Assembly (NCBI GenBank): GCA_052173735.1
Contig: JBQMYA010000001.1
Span: forward strand, 28,784 to 92,783
Length of the DNA: 64,000 nucleotides
Reading direction: 5' to 3'
Origin: Prevotella sp.
GTDB taxonomy: Bacteria; Bacteroidota; Bacteroidia; Bacteroidales; Bacteroidaceae
A program made the translations under genes and the position numbers. This document shows positions 27,224 through 39,390 of the stretch, piece after piece (positions within the stretch are counted from its first letter, which is position 1; each line of letters opens with the position of its first letter). Below the pieces are notes generated by a model. It ran no database searches and was not told where the DNA came from. It worked only from the letters and a program-made list of their open reading frames with translations.

Positions 27224-28165
27224 CTAATGCGTTCTTGATTGAAAACAGACTTTCGTTTGCGGTTTAACGACAAGTCCTTCGACCTTCGTTATCTGCGATA
27301 TTGCAAATGAACTATCGCCCCAAATCACTACATCTTTATATTGTTTGCGCTCATTATTGATAGAAAGTTGCTCGTCGTAAACCCCTAAACACCTGTAAAA
27401 AACGTTGTTGGCACATATCCATTCGCCCGATTTTGTGTCTCGAAAGGTGATTCTTATAAAGCCATTAAAAGGTTTATCGAACACAAAAAGGGCTATATCT
27501 GACGACTGATATATCTGCCTTGGGATGAGGGTTTTAACCACTTTATAATGGGTTTCGACGTGAGTTGGAGTCCAACTGGGCACCAATAAGCCTGCAGAAG
27601 CAGCCTTGGTAGTCACAACGGGCATGCAATTGAGTTGAAAAGACGTGTCTTCTAAAAGCGAATGAAGATTGTTTCCTTGGCTCATCACCCATTGATCGTC
27701 GTCGTTCCAAAATGCTCCTGTAAACAAACAATACCACTCTTGGTTACTAATAACACGCTTGGTGCGATTCCATTTGTCGGTTATTGCACCATCAACAACA
27801 ATCGTTGGTTGCGAAAGTGCATTGCTTTGAGGCGTACAAACGATGGCTATGGTGTTGTTTCCTGGGTGCAAAAAGTGGGTAATATCGTAGCTTTGCGCTT
27901 TGACACTCAATGATGGCGAGGGGCGAAAAGGCTCTAATACGGCAGTAGAAACGTTGCGTTGATTAACAAAAAGCGTGAATTGTTGCTCGCTAGCAATGGT
28001 TATTTGCGCCTTTAACGACTTGCTTTCGAGGAACAAGTTGCGCACAAACACCACCTCTTCGGCAAAACATTGTCGAAAAGGAGTAATCCAATAAGCTCCT
28101 CCTTCTTGCGCTTTTAAGACGAAAGAATTGAGCAATAAAACGATGATACAAACGAAACCACGCAT
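27224..28165 (-). CDS. Secreted hypothetical protein; beta-sandwich resembling the alpha-L-rhamnosidase N-terminal domain
   Basis: 313 aa. Signal peptide MRGFVCIIVLLLNSFVLKAQ. The pattern YWI…A.ITIAS..QFTLFVNQ…YDITHFLHPGNNTIAI resembles Bac_rhamnosid_N, but no catalytic (alpha/alpha)6 domain follows. Function call is weak. Confidence 0.4.
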   Translation of the reverse strand: MRGFVCIIVLLLNSFVLKAQEGGAYWITPFRQCFAEEVVFVRNLFLESKSLKAQITIASEQQFTLFVNQRNVSTAVLEPFRPSPSLSVKAQSYDITHFLHPGNNTIAIVCTPQSNALSQPTIVVDGAITDKWNRTKRVISNQEWYCLFTGAFWNDDDQWVMSQGNNLHSLLEDTSFQLNCMPVVTTKAASAGLLVPSWTPTHVETHYKVVKTLIPRQIYQSSDIALFVFDKPFNGFIRITFRDTKSGEWICANNVFYRCLGVYDEQLSINNERKQYKDVVIWGDSSFAISQITKVEGLVVKPQTKVCFQSRTH

Positions 28166-28313
28166 CAGTCTACATCTATTTAGATAATTAACTCGTCACT
28201 AACGACTTACGTATGCACACGAGTTCAAGTCTATTTCACTACAAATTGATTGAAAGAAAGGTGTAAGTTGCCCCGTTAAAAGCCCCCTACACCTTTATAA
28301 AAAGAACGTTATT

Positions 28314-30680
28314 TTATAACTTTATGTTTTGATTTCCTGCACCTTTGAAGGTTAATTTATAAACCTTTCCATTGCACTTCACATCTACCTTACCTGCTTT
28401 TAGGCTCTTAACTGCGATGGTTTTCACTGCACCTTGTTGCCAACTGAACGACACTTCGTATCCTCCTCGAGCCTTAATGCCGTTTACTTTACCACTTTTC
28501 CATGGCTCTGGACAAGCTGGAAGTAATTCTATCACACCGTCACCGCTTTGCAATAGCATTTCACAAACGCCTGCGGTGCCACCGAAGTTACCATCAATTT
28601 GGAATGGTGGATGGGCATCAAACAAGTTAGGATAAGTGCCTCCGCCACCCATTCTGTCTGCTCCTTTATAGCCATCTGGCGACACATAGCTCAAAAGTTT
28701 GCGGTAAACGTGATACGCTTGCTTGTTATCTCTTAGGCGAGCCCATAGGTTTATTCTCCAACCTGTACTCCAACCTGTTGTCTTGTCGCCTTTCATTTCG
28801 AGCGTTTTGCGTGCTGCTTGTGCAATAACAGGAGTTTCTTCGGGTGATAAATGGTGCCCTGGATAAAGTCCAACGAGGTGAGTTTGATGACGATGATGAA
28901 TGTCATAGTCGTCCCAATCATAGTACCATTCGTTCAAATCTCCATTCTTTCCAACGGTATAAGGGTGGAAACGCTCCACAGCTTGCAACAAATCGCGTTG
29001 CAAATCTTTATCAACTCCAAGAATTTCAGCAGCCTTTGCAGTGTTATTAAACAGCTCTCTTAATATCGCAAGGTCTGCCGTTCCACCATAACAGGTGGTT
29101 CCATGATAACCATCTGTTGAGGTAACATATTCGTTTTCGGGTGAAGTTGAAGGCGCAGTGATGATTTCTTGAGGATTTTTTGGATTGGGAATAATCCATT
29201 GAAGCATAAACTCTGAAGCCCCTTTCATCAATGGATAAGCCTCATTACGCAAGTAATTCACATCTTGATTGTATAGATAATGTTCCCAAAGTGAGCTCAT
29301 TAGCCATGCACCACCCATGTTCCAGTTTGCCCATTCGGGGCTTTCTCGCTTCTCTCCAACAGGGTTTGACATTGCCCAAATATCCGAATTGTGAGCCGCA
29401 CACCATCCTTTATTGATGCCATAGTAGTTCTTTGCGGTGGCAGAACCAGTGTCGGCAAGTCCTTTTAAGAATGTGTTAAGGGGCTGAAACATCTCTGAAA
29501 GGTTAGCAACTTCAGCGGGCCAATAGTTCTCTTCCAAGTTAATATTAACGGTATAGTTACTTCTCCATGGAGAGAAAAGACGCTGAGTCCATAGTCCTTG
29601 CAGGTTAGCTGGAACGCCTTTTGTGCGTGATGCTGAGATAAGAAGATAACGACCGAATTGGAAGTAGAGTGTTTCTAAATACTTGTTATCTTCTTTTTTG
29701 AGTGTATAGTCTTTCAATTGTTCTTCTGTTGTGCGCACATTGTCGATTGAACTGCCATCGAGTTGCAGAGAAACTCGCTTAAACAAGCGTTGATAGTCGG
29801 CAATGTGACGTGCTTTTATGGCATTGTAAGAACTTGCCAACACACCTTTCAAATCGCTGTTTGCCATCTCTTGATAAGGAGCACCTTGCAAAACGGGGTG
29901 TTTATCATATCCATTGAAACTGGTTTCGTTAACGATGTACACCACTGCTTCGGTGGCTTTGCTGATGGAAAGTGTGCTGTCTGTGGTTTCAACCGTTCCA
30001 CCTTTGTTCACAACATGCAACAAAGTGCAAAAGTGTATGCTGTTTTTTGCCTCGCCATGAGCGTGTCCTGTGAACTTAATGCCATTTTTAACGGCTTGCG
30101 CTTGATGTGGAATGAGGGCTGTAAGTTTGAGTTTACAACTGATTGATTGTGCCTTGCTGGCTGTTAAACGCATGGCAATAACCTTACTTGGGTTCGATAC
30201 AAACACTTCTCTTTGATACTTCACACCACCTTGTTCGTAGCTAATGAGCACGGTAGAGTTATCTAAATTGAGTGAACGTTTATAGTTTTTATATGCTTGT
30301 TGATTGCCATTTTCGAACAAAAGGGTTGCCAATGGTTGGAAATATTGTGAGTTAGAGCCTTGAACTTTTAGCTGTAACGAGTCTGCTAAACGATAGTTTT
30401 CATTGAAAAGTGCTTCTCTTATGGGTTCAATCCACTTGTGAGCGTCGGCATCAACGGTACGATCTACAGGCTTTCCTGTCCACAATGTGATGTCGTTTAG
30501 ATACATTCTGTCTTGTAAAACTCCTCCATAAACCATCGCACCGAGCTTTCCATTACCGATAGGAAAAGCCTCTTCGAAATACGATGCAGGCGTTTTAAAC
30601 CATACTTTTAAGGGGAGTTGCTGTGCCATTAGATGCAAAGCACAAGTCAACAGGGCTAATAATATAAGTTGTCTTTTCAT
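28314..30680 (-). CDS. Glycoside hydrolase family 95 (alpha-L-fucosidase-type)
   Basis: 788 aa. Signal peptide, N-terminal LKVWFKTPASYFEEAFPIGNGKLGAMVYGG. Conserved NINLEENYWPAEVANL and YPNLFDAHPPFQIDGNFG blocks characteristic of GH95. Confidence 0.9.
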   Translation of the reverse strand: MKRQLILLALLTCALHLMAQQLPLKVWFKTPASYFEEAFPIGNGKLGAMVYGGVLQDRMYLNDITLWTGKPVDRTVDADAHKWIEPIREALFNENYRLADSLQLKVQGSNSQYFQPLATLLFENGNQQAYKNYKRSLNLDNSTVLISYEQGGVKYQREVFVSNPSKVIAMRLTASKAQSISCKLKLTALIPHQAQAVKNGIKFTGHAHGEAKNSIHFCTLLHVVNKGGTVETTDSTLSISKATEAVVYIVNETSFNGYDKHPVLQGAPYQEMANSDLKGVLASSYNAIKARHIADYQRLFKRVSLQLDGSSIDNVRTTEEQLKDYTLKKEDNKYLETLYFQFGRYLLISASRTKGVPANLQGLWTQRLFSPWRSNYTVNINLEENYWPAEVANLSEMFQPLNTFLKGLADTGSATAKNYYGINKGWCAAHNSDIWAMSNPVGEKRESPEWANWNMGGAWLMSSLWEHYLYNQDVNYLRNEAYPLMKGASEFMLQWIIPNPKNPQEIITAPSTSPENEYVTSTDGYHGTTCYGGTADLAILRELFNNTAKAAEILGVDKDLQRDLLQAVERFHPYTVGKNGDLNEWYYDWDDYDIHHRHQTHLVGLYPGHHLSPEETPVIAQAARKTLEMKGDKTTGWSTGWRINLWARLRDNKQAYHVYRKLLSYVSPDGYKGADRMGGGGTYPNLFDAHPPFQIDGNFGGTAGVCEMLLQSGDGVIELLPACPEPWKSGKVNGIKARGGYEVSFSWQQGAVKTIAVKSLKAGKVDVKCNGKVYKLTFKGAGNQNIKL

Positions 30681-30801
30681 TGTTTAAGAGATTTATTGTT
30701 ACTAATTGAACTATTGAAGAATTGAGGTAGGTTTCTAAAAGGTTTCTCTTGCTTTCTATCCTCTTTTGTCGTTATCTTATAACGACTTTTTTCTTATCCT
30801 G

Positions 30802-30889
30802 AAAAAGCGATGTTATTGCACTGCAATAGCATTGATATTACCCATCAAAAGCAATGAGATTAGACCGCAAAAGCAATACTTTTAGATTG
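30802..30889. repeat. 22-bp tandem unit block G (4 units, 88 bp; degenerate fifth unit to 30911)
   Basis: aaaaagcgatgttattgcactg / caatagcattgatattacccat / caaaagcaatgagattagaccg / caaaagcaatacttttagattg. Confidence 0.9.
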
Positions 30890-30932
30890 CAATGGCACAA
30901 GTGCCGTTATATAAAAAGGTGTAGAAACAAAT

Positions 30933-30968
30933 ATGCCCTCTCTGTACTTTGAGGGTAAGAGAGGGCAT
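30933..30968 (-). terminator. Hairpin after gyrB (probable terminator)
   Basis: ATGCCCTCTC / GAGAGGGCAT is a 10-bp stem 15 nt after the stop. The minus-strand tail is ATTTGTTTC. Confidence 0.45.
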
Positions 30969-30982
30969 GTTATAACGTGCTT

Positions 30983-33016
<2,034 letters not shown>

Positions 33017-33409
33017 TTAAACGATATAAAATGTGGCTAACTTTTTAGCAAATAAATTACATTTTACAGAGGTTTTTGTTGGTATAATTTTCTAGTCGCA
33101 AGATAATTTCTTCCCTTTTCACAAAAAAGTTTACTTTTTTTTCAGTAGTTTTTATTTTTTGAGTGCTATACTAATATAACTACTATAATAAAATTAACTA
33201 AAAATAAATTAGCGCAAAGCACTTTTTTGAATTTCAAAACAAATGAAAATAGAATTGATATATTGCAATATCATATTGCTTTTTATTGATATTTCATTAC
33301 AAAAGCTGCATTAAAAGCTATAAACAGAAAAATATTTTACTGCCAAACATTAAGCAGTAATGATAGAAGAAGACATTTTTTATTCAATACTAAATATATT
33401 TTAAGTTTA

Positions 33410-33450
33410 AAAGGGACCATGGTGCGTGAGCATAAAGGTCCTTTTTTTTT
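33410..33450 (+). terminator. Orphan plus-strand terminator-like hairpin with a 9-T run
   Basis: AAAGGGACC atggtgcgtgagcataa GGTCCTTTT TTTTT. No annotated plus-strand gene lies upstream. Confidence 0.5.
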
Positions 33451-33520
33451 ATTATTTTTATATCAAAAGATCTTTTAATCGACACTAAATCTAGATATAA
33501 AAATTGCATCAATCTGCTTG

Positions 33521-33528
33521 CAAAGATA
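33521..33528 (-). promoter_or_regulatory. Orphan -7 box (TATCTTTG on minus strand) inside the gyrB-upstream gap
   Basis: Plus strand reads CAAAGATA. No ORF lies downstream. It sits about 70 nt from the hairpin at 33410-33450. Confidence 0.3.
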
Positions 33529-33637
33529 AAAGAATATACCCAAAGAACAAAATAAAAGCTTTATTCCCCGCCTTATTTTAACATAAAAATTCTTTGTTTT
33601 TCAAATACAAAAGATGCTCCAATTGCTTTAAACTTAT

Positions 33638-34312
33638 TTATTTCACCACTTTAAAAAACTGCTTTGCTTGGGCACGAGTTCTAAAATTAAAGTGCCACCA
33701 CTCTGTTCTCAAGGGCTTAAAACCTGCATGTTGCATCACCAAACGCAAGAGTTCACGGTTTCGTTGCGCCTCTTTGGTGATGATTCGCTTTGCCACTAAG
33801 TTATTTTCATTGTCTACATGCGATGCGAGTGACATGTGATCGACCTTCGTTCCCATTGTGATCGTGTCGCCATTGAGCTTACAAATGCTGATATCCACTG
33901 CCAAACCATAGTTGTGAAGCCCTCCTCCATTGGCAGGATTGCTCACATATATGTCTTTAGAAGTGTTCTTAACCTTGTCCCACATCTTTTGTTGTATGCT
34001 CATTGGGCGTGTTGCATCGAAGATAATCAAGCTCAAATCGGGGCGCAACTCTTTCAGCTTTGCCTGCGCCTTTACCAACGCATGGGCTGCAAGAGGGTGA
34101 AGATAAGCCTTTGTAAGGTCGGTATAAAGCACCTCACCAGTGAAGTTATTCGAGCGAGAATACATCAAACTCACTCGAATTGTCTTGTCGAGTGAATGAA
34201 TATCTACCATTCCTTGTTGCTCTATCGAGGTGTTGGTGTCTACCTTCTTTTGCGCATTCGCATTGATAACAACGAGCAATAAGAAGAGGATTGAAGCGAT
34301 TTTATTTTGCAT
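33638..34312 (-). CDS. M15-family D-alanyl-D-alanine dipeptidase-like metallopeptidase (VanX/DdpX-like), secreted
   Basis: 224 aa. Signal peptide, then GLHNYGLAVDISI (H-x-x-G-x-A-x-D) and EWWHFNF motifs typical of VanX/DdpX. Confidence 0.8.
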   Translation of the reverse strand: MQNKIASILFLLLVVINANAQKKVDTNTSIEQQGMVDIHSLDKTIRVSLMYSRSNNFTGEVLYTDLTKAYLHPLAAHALVKAQAKLKELRPDLSLIIFDATRPMSIQQKMWDKVKNTSKDIYVSNPANGGGLHNYGLAVDISICKLNGDTITMGTKVDHMSLASHVDNENNLVAKRIITKEAQRNRELLRLVMQHAGFKPLRTEWWHFNFRTRAQAKQFFKVVK

Positions 34313-34418
34313 AAAGATGTTTTTTATTGATTATTATTCAGAAGTTCAACGAGCAGGGCAACATTCAACGAGCGCAATCCATATTTCTTCGTCTTTTCAA
34401 CTCATTTTCTTCCCCTTT

Positions 34419-34506
34419 CAAAAGCAACGTTATTACACCGCAATAGCAACGCTTTTTCGCCTCAAAATCAATGAGTTTGCAACCTAAAAGCAACATTATT
34501 GTAAGC
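34419..34506. repeat. 22-bp tandem unit block H (4 units, 88 bp)
   Basis: caaaagcaacgttattacaccg / caatagcaacgctttttcgcct / caaaatcaatgagtttgcaacc / taaaagcaacattattgtaagc. Confidence 0.9.
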
Positions 34507-34520
34507 CGTTGAAAATGAGC

Positions 34521-35693
34521 TTATTCCTCAACTGAATTCTTTGTCACTTTCTCAACGATAAGAGCTATCGCTCCATCTCCTGTTACATTGCAGGCTGTTC
34601 CAAAGCTATCCATGGCAATATACAAGGCAATCATCAAGGCTTGAGCCTCACTATCGAAGCCAAGAACGCTGGCAAGAGGGGCTAAAGCTGCCATAATAGA
34701 GCCTCCAGGAACGCCTGGTGAAGCCACCATCATGATGGATAAAAGGAGAATGAAGCCGAAAAAGAGCATAAAGTTGTGTGGCATACCATTCAAAATGCAG
34801 ATAGTGAGGGCGCAAGCGGTTATCTTCATCACCGAACCCGACATGTGAATGGTGGCACAAAGGGGCACAACAAAGCCTGCAATGCCTTTCGACACACCAT
34901 TGTTCATGGTTTGTTGCAAGGTAACAGGTATGCTTGCTGCCGACGAAGAGGTGCCTAATGCGGTGAAATAGGCAGGAAGCATGGTTTTAAGTAGCACAAA
35001 AGGATTTTTCTTTACGATGGTTCCTGCAATGCTAAACTGATATAATAGAATGATGATGTGTAGGGCAAAAATCACAACGATAATCTTTGCAAATACCAAT
35101 ATCATGTGATACACCTCGCCACTATAGGTCATATTCAAGAAAATACCGAAGATGTAGAGTGGCAAAATGGGGATAATTACGTTTCGAATAACGGCATCTA
35201 CCACCTTAGAAAGGTCGCTAAACACGCCATAAAGGTTGTTTAAACGCTGCGAAGTGATACAGAGTCCAGCTATGAACGAGAACACTAAACCGCTCATTAT
35301 ATCGAACAATGCGGGGATATTGATGGTAAAATAAGGTTCAATGGCTGTGGCACTCTTCACCTGTTCAAAGGTTTCTTTGGTGTTGATTAAGCTCGGAAAG
35401 AGCCACGAACCAACGCCATAAGAGAGCAATCCCGACAAAACGGTGTCGCAATAAGCCAACAACACCGTAATTAAAAGCAACTTCTTGGCTCCTTTTCCCA
35501 CATCGGCTATAGCTGGAGTAACGAGTCCTACGATGATTAAAGGTACCATAAAACCGAGGAACTGACTGAAAAGTGCATTGAAAGTGGTGAACACTCGAAC
35601 TGCCTCAAGAGGCAAAACGTTTCCTAAGGCGATGCCTACTATAATCGAAATAATAATGAGTGGCAATAAACCTAACTTCTTTATTTTCATCAT
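34521..35693 (-). CDS. Dicarboxylate/amino acid:cation symporter (DAACS family; SstT-like)
   Basis: 390 aa, polytopic. SSAASIPVT and PGVPGGS re-entrant loop motifs typical of DAACS carriers. Confidence 0.8.
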   Translation of the reverse strand: MMKIKKLGLLPLIIISIIVGIALGNVLPLEAVRVFTTFNALFSQFLGFMVPLIIVGLVTPAIADVGKGAKKLLLITVLLAYCDTVLSGLLSYGVGSWLFPSLINTKETFEQVKSATAIEPYFTINIPALFDIMSGLVFSFIAGLCITSQRLNNLYGVFSDLSKVVDAVIRNVIIPILPLYIFGIFLNMTYSGEVYHMILVFAKIIVVIFALHIIILLYQFSIAGTIVKKNPFVLLKTMLPAYFTALGTSSSAASIPVTLQQTMNNGVSKGIAGFVVPLCATIHMSGSVMKITACALTICILNGMPHNFMLFFGFILLLSIMMVASPGVPGGSIMAALAPLASVLGFDSEAQALMIALYIAMDSFGTACNVTGDGAIALIVEKVTKNSVEE

Positions 35694-35921
35694 ATCACTA
35701 TATTTTTCTTTTTAATTCTTGTCCGCTTTCAATGGTGTGGCTATGCGATGGCAACCAAAGGGGTGGCTCTTTTTAAAAGAATGTCGGTATACTTGTGTGA
35801 CAAGGGCAACACGCTTGCAAGCAAAATAGTGCCTCGTTGCCCTGCGAATGCAATAATATGCGTTGCGAAAAATGAATGCTCTGCGCTATTGTTGCAATGT
35901 TTTTGAGCTGTAATACTATCA

Positions 35922-35972
35922 TAAAAAAAAGAGAAGAAAAGGTGATACGTTGCCTTATCACCTTTCTTCTCT
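35922..35972 (-). terminator. Strong Rho-independent terminator after the flavodiiron gene
   Basis: A 17-bp stem with one bulge (AGAGAAGAAAGGTGATA / TATCACCTTTTCTTCTCT on the minus strand) and an 8-nt loop, followed by TTTTTTTTAT. Confidence 0.75.
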
Positions 35973-35983
35973 ATGCTGTTTGC

Positions 35984-37177
35984 TTAGCCTCTTTGTGCTA
36001 TTAGATATTCTGCCATAGCTCTTCCCAATGCTTTACAACGCTCAGTTGAATCCTCATCTAAAGATTGAAGCATATCTACGGGTTCGCCTACTGGCTCGAA
36101 TTTCAAATGATTTTCGTTCCATTCTGCAATCTTTCCTACTGCCTTAGAAGCCCAACCATGGTTTCCAAACCAGCCAATTGCATGGTTTTTAATGTCTCTA
36201 TTGGCGATTTCGCTGAGCAAAACCTCCATTTCATGATACAAACCAGTGTTGTATGTTGGTGCACCAACAATTAAACCTCTGTATCTGAACACGTCTCTTA
36301 GAATGTAAGAGTGGTGAGTTTTAGACACATTGTATACCTTTATGTTCTTAATTCCAGCTAAAGAAGCGGCTTTTGCAATACATTCTGCCATCGATTCGGT
36401 GTGTCCATACATCGTTCCATAGCATATTACGATGCCTTCTTCAGTGTCATAGCGACTCATTCTGTCGTATTCCTCCATCACTTTCTCTTTATATTGGTGC
36501 CAAACTGGTCCATGTGTGGGGCAAATATAATCTACTTGCTCGTTAACAAACTTCTTTAAGGCGTTTTGAACAGGTATTCCATACTTTCCAACGATGTTAG
36601 AATAGTAGCGAACCATCTCTAACCAGAACTCATCGCAATTGATTTCCTCGTCGATAACACCTCCATTTAAAGCTCCAAAGCAACCAAAGCCGTCGCCAGA
36701 GAACAAGATATTGTCGGTTGTATCGAGTGTCATCATGGTCTCAGGCCAATGCACCATTGGAGTCAAAAAGAACTTTAAGTTGTGCGAACCCAAGTTCAAT
36801 TCATCACCATTCTTCACTTCTAGTTCCTTATCAGATATGCCATAGAAGCCTTTAAGCAACTGGAATGACTTTTTATTACCCACGATTTCAACATTAGGAT
36901 AATACTTTCTCATTAGTCCAAGCGACCCACTATGGTCTGGTTCCATGTGGTTTATAACGATATAGTCAATGGGTCTGTCGCCAATAACGGCACGAATGTT
37001 GTCTAAAAACTGTGGAAAAAATGCTACGTCTACAGTGTCAATCAAACACACTTTCTCGTCTACTATCAAATAAGAGTTATACGATACGCCATCAGGTAGT
37101 GGCCATAAGCCTTCGAAAAGAGCTTTGTTTCTATCGTTAACACCTACATAATAAACGCTATTCTTTATTTCAATCAT
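35984..37177 (-). CDS. fprA: A-type flavodiiron protein (FprA family; metallo-beta-lactamase-like + flavodoxin domains)
   Basis: 397 aa. HMEPDHSG di-iron motif in the N-terminal MBL-like domain, C-terminal flavodoxin-like domain (IVICYGTMYGHTE…APTYN). Strong terminator downstream. Confidence 0.88.
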   Translation of the reverse strand: MIEIKNSVYYVGVNDRNKALFEGLWPLPDGVSYNSYLIVDEKVCLIDTVDVAFFPQFLDNIRAVIGDRPIDYIVINHMEPDHSGSLGLMRKYYPNVEIVGNKKSFQLLKGFYGISDKELEVKNGDELNLGSHNLKFFLTPMVHWPETMMTLDTTDNILFSGDGFGCFGALNGGVIDEEINCDEFWLEMVRYYSNIVGKYGIPVQNALKKFVNEQVDYICPTHGPVWHQYKEKVMEEYDRMSRYDTEEGIVICYGTMYGHTESMAECIAKAASLAGIKNIKVYNVSKTHHSYILRDVFRYRGLIVGAPTYNTGLYHEMEVLLSEIANRDIKNHAIGWFGNHGWASKAVGKIAEWNENHLKFEPVGEPVDMLQSLDEDSTERCKALGRAMAEYLIAQRG

Positions 37178-37182
37178 ATCTA

Positions 37183-38124
37183 TTATTTATTTAAAGTTAG
37201 ATTCATTTGTGCACCAAAGTCCTTTGAAATATAGTTATATATATCCTCACAGCAATTGGCTGAGAATCGAGTTGCATAGCTCATCAACTCGTTCCATTGT
37301 GTTTCTGTTAAGCCATCGCTTATCATTTGGCGGGTAATATTGTTTTTTATGAGTCCAAAAATGAAGCCTGCATTGAAGTTATCGCCTGCTCCTATTGTGC
37401 TAACTGTATTTGTTTGAACTACAGGATATTCTTTTTTGAAGTCATTTTTGCCTCTTAGCACGATGTTTTCGGCACCATTTGTGTAGATAAAGTCTTTGCA
37501 ATAGAATGCTATTTCGGCTTTATATACGGTGTCGGGGTTATCCTTTTTATATACAACTTCAAAGTCTTCACGACTACCTCGAACGATATCTGCATACTCA
37601 AGGTTATCAATTAGATTGGGAGTAATCTTCATTACCTCGTTACGATGCGAGCTTCTGTAATTCACATCGTAATAAATTATCGCCCCATTGTTGCGTGCAT
37701 GCTCTAAAAGAGCAATCACTTGATGATGTATTGTGGGGTTTACGGCATAGAAAGAACCAAATATTACGATGTCATCTGGTGCTATTTCTGGGAAAGAAAA
37801 ATCGAGTTGATCGTGTGGTTGATTCTTATAAAAGATGTATTCTGCATCGTTTTGCTCATCGAGAAAAGCCAATGACACAGACGATTTGCTATCGGGAAAA
37901 CTACTAATATTATTGATGTTTACACCATTATCTTGCAAAAAGTGTTTTATTGTCATCCCTACTCTATCGTTACCTATCTCACTTATGAAGTTACAAGATA
38001 TGCCCGAACGACCTAAAGAGATAAGTGCATTGAACGTAGAACCACCTGGAACCGCCGCAATTGGTTGTTCATTTCTAAATATAATGTCGAGACCCGACTC
38101 GCCAATTCCTATTACTTTACGCAT
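37183..38124 (-). CDS. PfkB-family carbohydrate kinase
   Basis: The ORF track starts at 38169. I prefer the Met at 38124 (MRKVIGIGESGLDIIF), the usual N-terminus for this family. GAGDNFNAG motif. Stop is 5 nt before the fprA start. Confidence 0.82.
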   Translation of the reverse strand: MRKVIGIGESGLDIIFRNEQPIAAVPGGSTFNALISLGRSGISCNFISEIGNDRVGMTIKHFLQDNGVNINNISSFPDSKSSVSLAFLDEQNDAEYIFYKNQPHDQLDFSFPEIAPDDIVIFGSFYAVNPTIHHQVIALLEHARNNGAIIYYDVNYRSSHRNEVMKITPNLIDNLEYADIVRGSREDFEVVYKKDNPDTVYKAEIAFYCKDFIYTNGAENIVLRGKNDFKKEYPVVQTNTVSTIGAGDNFNAGFIFGLIKNNITRQMISDGLTETQWNELMSYATRFSANCCEDIYNYISKDFGAQMNLTLNK

Positions 38125-38279
38125 AAATATCTTCGAAGATGAAATGCAAAGTTCCGAAATTATCGGCACATTACAAAGTAATCGTTATTTATTTTAACGA
38201 AAAAATCTGTTTAATCTATTTCTATTATTTTCTATCCTATATGGTGTTGTGCCACAAGAAACACTTCTTAGTCTTGCTC

Positions 38280-38696
38280 CTACTGCTCTCTTAAAGCCAA
38301 AGCTTTATTCTCTGCAGCCTCCATAATTTCTCTTTCGCCAGGACCTTTGTCGTTTATTCCTATTAAATGGAGCACTCCATGAATAATAACTCGATAGAGT
38401 TCTTCTTCGTAAGTCTTTCCAAATAGCTCTGCATTGGTGCGCACTGTGTCGAGAGAAATCACCAAATCGCCATTCAATTCATCGTCTTCACAATAGTCGA
38501 AAGTGATGATATCGGTATAATAGTCGTGTTGAAGATATTCTCTATTCACCTCTAATATCTTTTCATCATCAACGAACATATAACCAATGTCGCCCACTTT
38601 TTTGCCATAGCTTTGTGCCACTTGTTTAATCCAAGCAGTGGTTTCTCTTTTTTTTATCTTAGGCATTTTCACCTTTTCGCTGTTATATGTTATCAT
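38280..38696 (-). CDS. ybeY: rRNA maturation endoribonuclease YbeY
   Basis: 138 aa. HGVLHLIGINDKG matches the YbeY zinc motif H-G-x-L-H-L-x-G-x-D. Confidence 0.92.
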   Translation of the reverse strand: MITYNSEKVKMPKIKKRETTAWIKQVAQSYGKKVGDIGYMFVDDEKILEVNREYLQHDYYTDIITFDYCEDDELNGDLVISLDTVRTNAELFGKTYEEELYRVIIHGVLHLIGINDKGPGEREIMEAAENKALALREQ

Positions 38697-38747
38697 ATAT
38701 CTTGTTTTTATGCGTTGTAACTATGGGTTGATTTCGTTTGCATTGCA

Positions 38748-39185
38748 TTATATCATCATGTCAGAAACATCTCTACCAAAGTGGATAAGCTCTCGAACAA
38801 TGCTCGAAGAGATGCTTTCGAATTGTGGATCTGAGCATAAAAAGACGGTTTCTATGCCCCCTATTTTTTTGTTTATTTCGGCTTGTTGACGTTCATATTC
38901 AAAGTCTTTAAAGCTTCGAACGCCTTTAATAATAACATTTGCGCCTACTCTTTGTGCTACATCTACGGTTAAATCGCTATACGACACCACCTCTATTTTA
39001 GGCTCATTGGCATAGTGTTTCTCAATACGTTCAACACGTTCTTCAACGCTAAACATACCTTTTTTGTGCTCATTGTGCCCCACTGCAATGACGATAGCAT
39101 CGAAAAGGGGGAGCGCACGTTGCACTATCGAGTCGTGTCCGATGGTGAATGGGTCGAAACTTCCTGTAAAAATAGCTTTTGTCAT
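38748..39185 (-). CDS. coaD: Pantetheine-phosphate adenylyltransferase
   Basis: 145 aa. N-terminal GSFDPFTIGH nucleotidyltransferase motif and ISSSIVRE near the C-terminus. Confidence 0.93.
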   Translation of the reverse strand: MTKAIFTGSFDPFTIGHDSIVQRALPLFDAIVIAVGHNEHKKGMFSVEERVERIEKHYANEPKIEVVSYSDLTVDVAQRVGANVIIKGVRSFKDFEYERQQAEINKKIGGIETVFLCSDPQFESISSSIVRELIHFGRDVSDMMI

Positions 39186-39390
39186 ATTATCTATTCAAAG
39201 ATTTTTCTTTATCTATTTCAAAGCGTCTTTCTATCTTTTCTAAAGTAGAAACAAGTAGATTTAGAACGTTGATGCACTTTATTTATAGCGAACGAGAGAG
39301 AGATGCTGTTGCACACAGAAGGAGATTTAAAGTGAGATAAACCCCTTTTGTCGTTGCAAGCAACGTTATAAGCAGTTCAAAGGGGGCGAA

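Noticed and set aside
28211-28240. GAGTTCAAGTC string resembling a tRNA T-loop
   Set aside because: No complementary T-stem, acceptor stem or anticodon arm can be drawn around it. I found no tRNA-like cloverleaf anywhere in the window by eye, but this was not a proper covariance scan.
28257-28296. 9-bp stem hairpin after the GH95 gene as a terminator
   Set aside because: The stem AAAGGTGTA / TACACCTTT is real. However, the loop is 22 nt and the minus-strand tail (CTTTCAATC) is not U-rich, so I did not list it as a feature.
33243-33314. 23-codon ORF MKIELIYCNIILLFIDISLQKLH as a small hydrophobic toxin-like peptide
   Set aside because: It has no supporting signal beyond hydrophobicity in a very AT-rich region. 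Such ORFs arise by chance in AT-rich sequence.
35851-35916. Possible eleventh, decayed 22-bp block upstream of the DAACS symporter gene
   Set aside because: Only loose matches are present (caataatatgcgttgcgaaaaa / tgaatgctctgcgctattgttg / caatgtttttgagctgtaatac). The CAnTG core is out of register, so the match is too weak to call.
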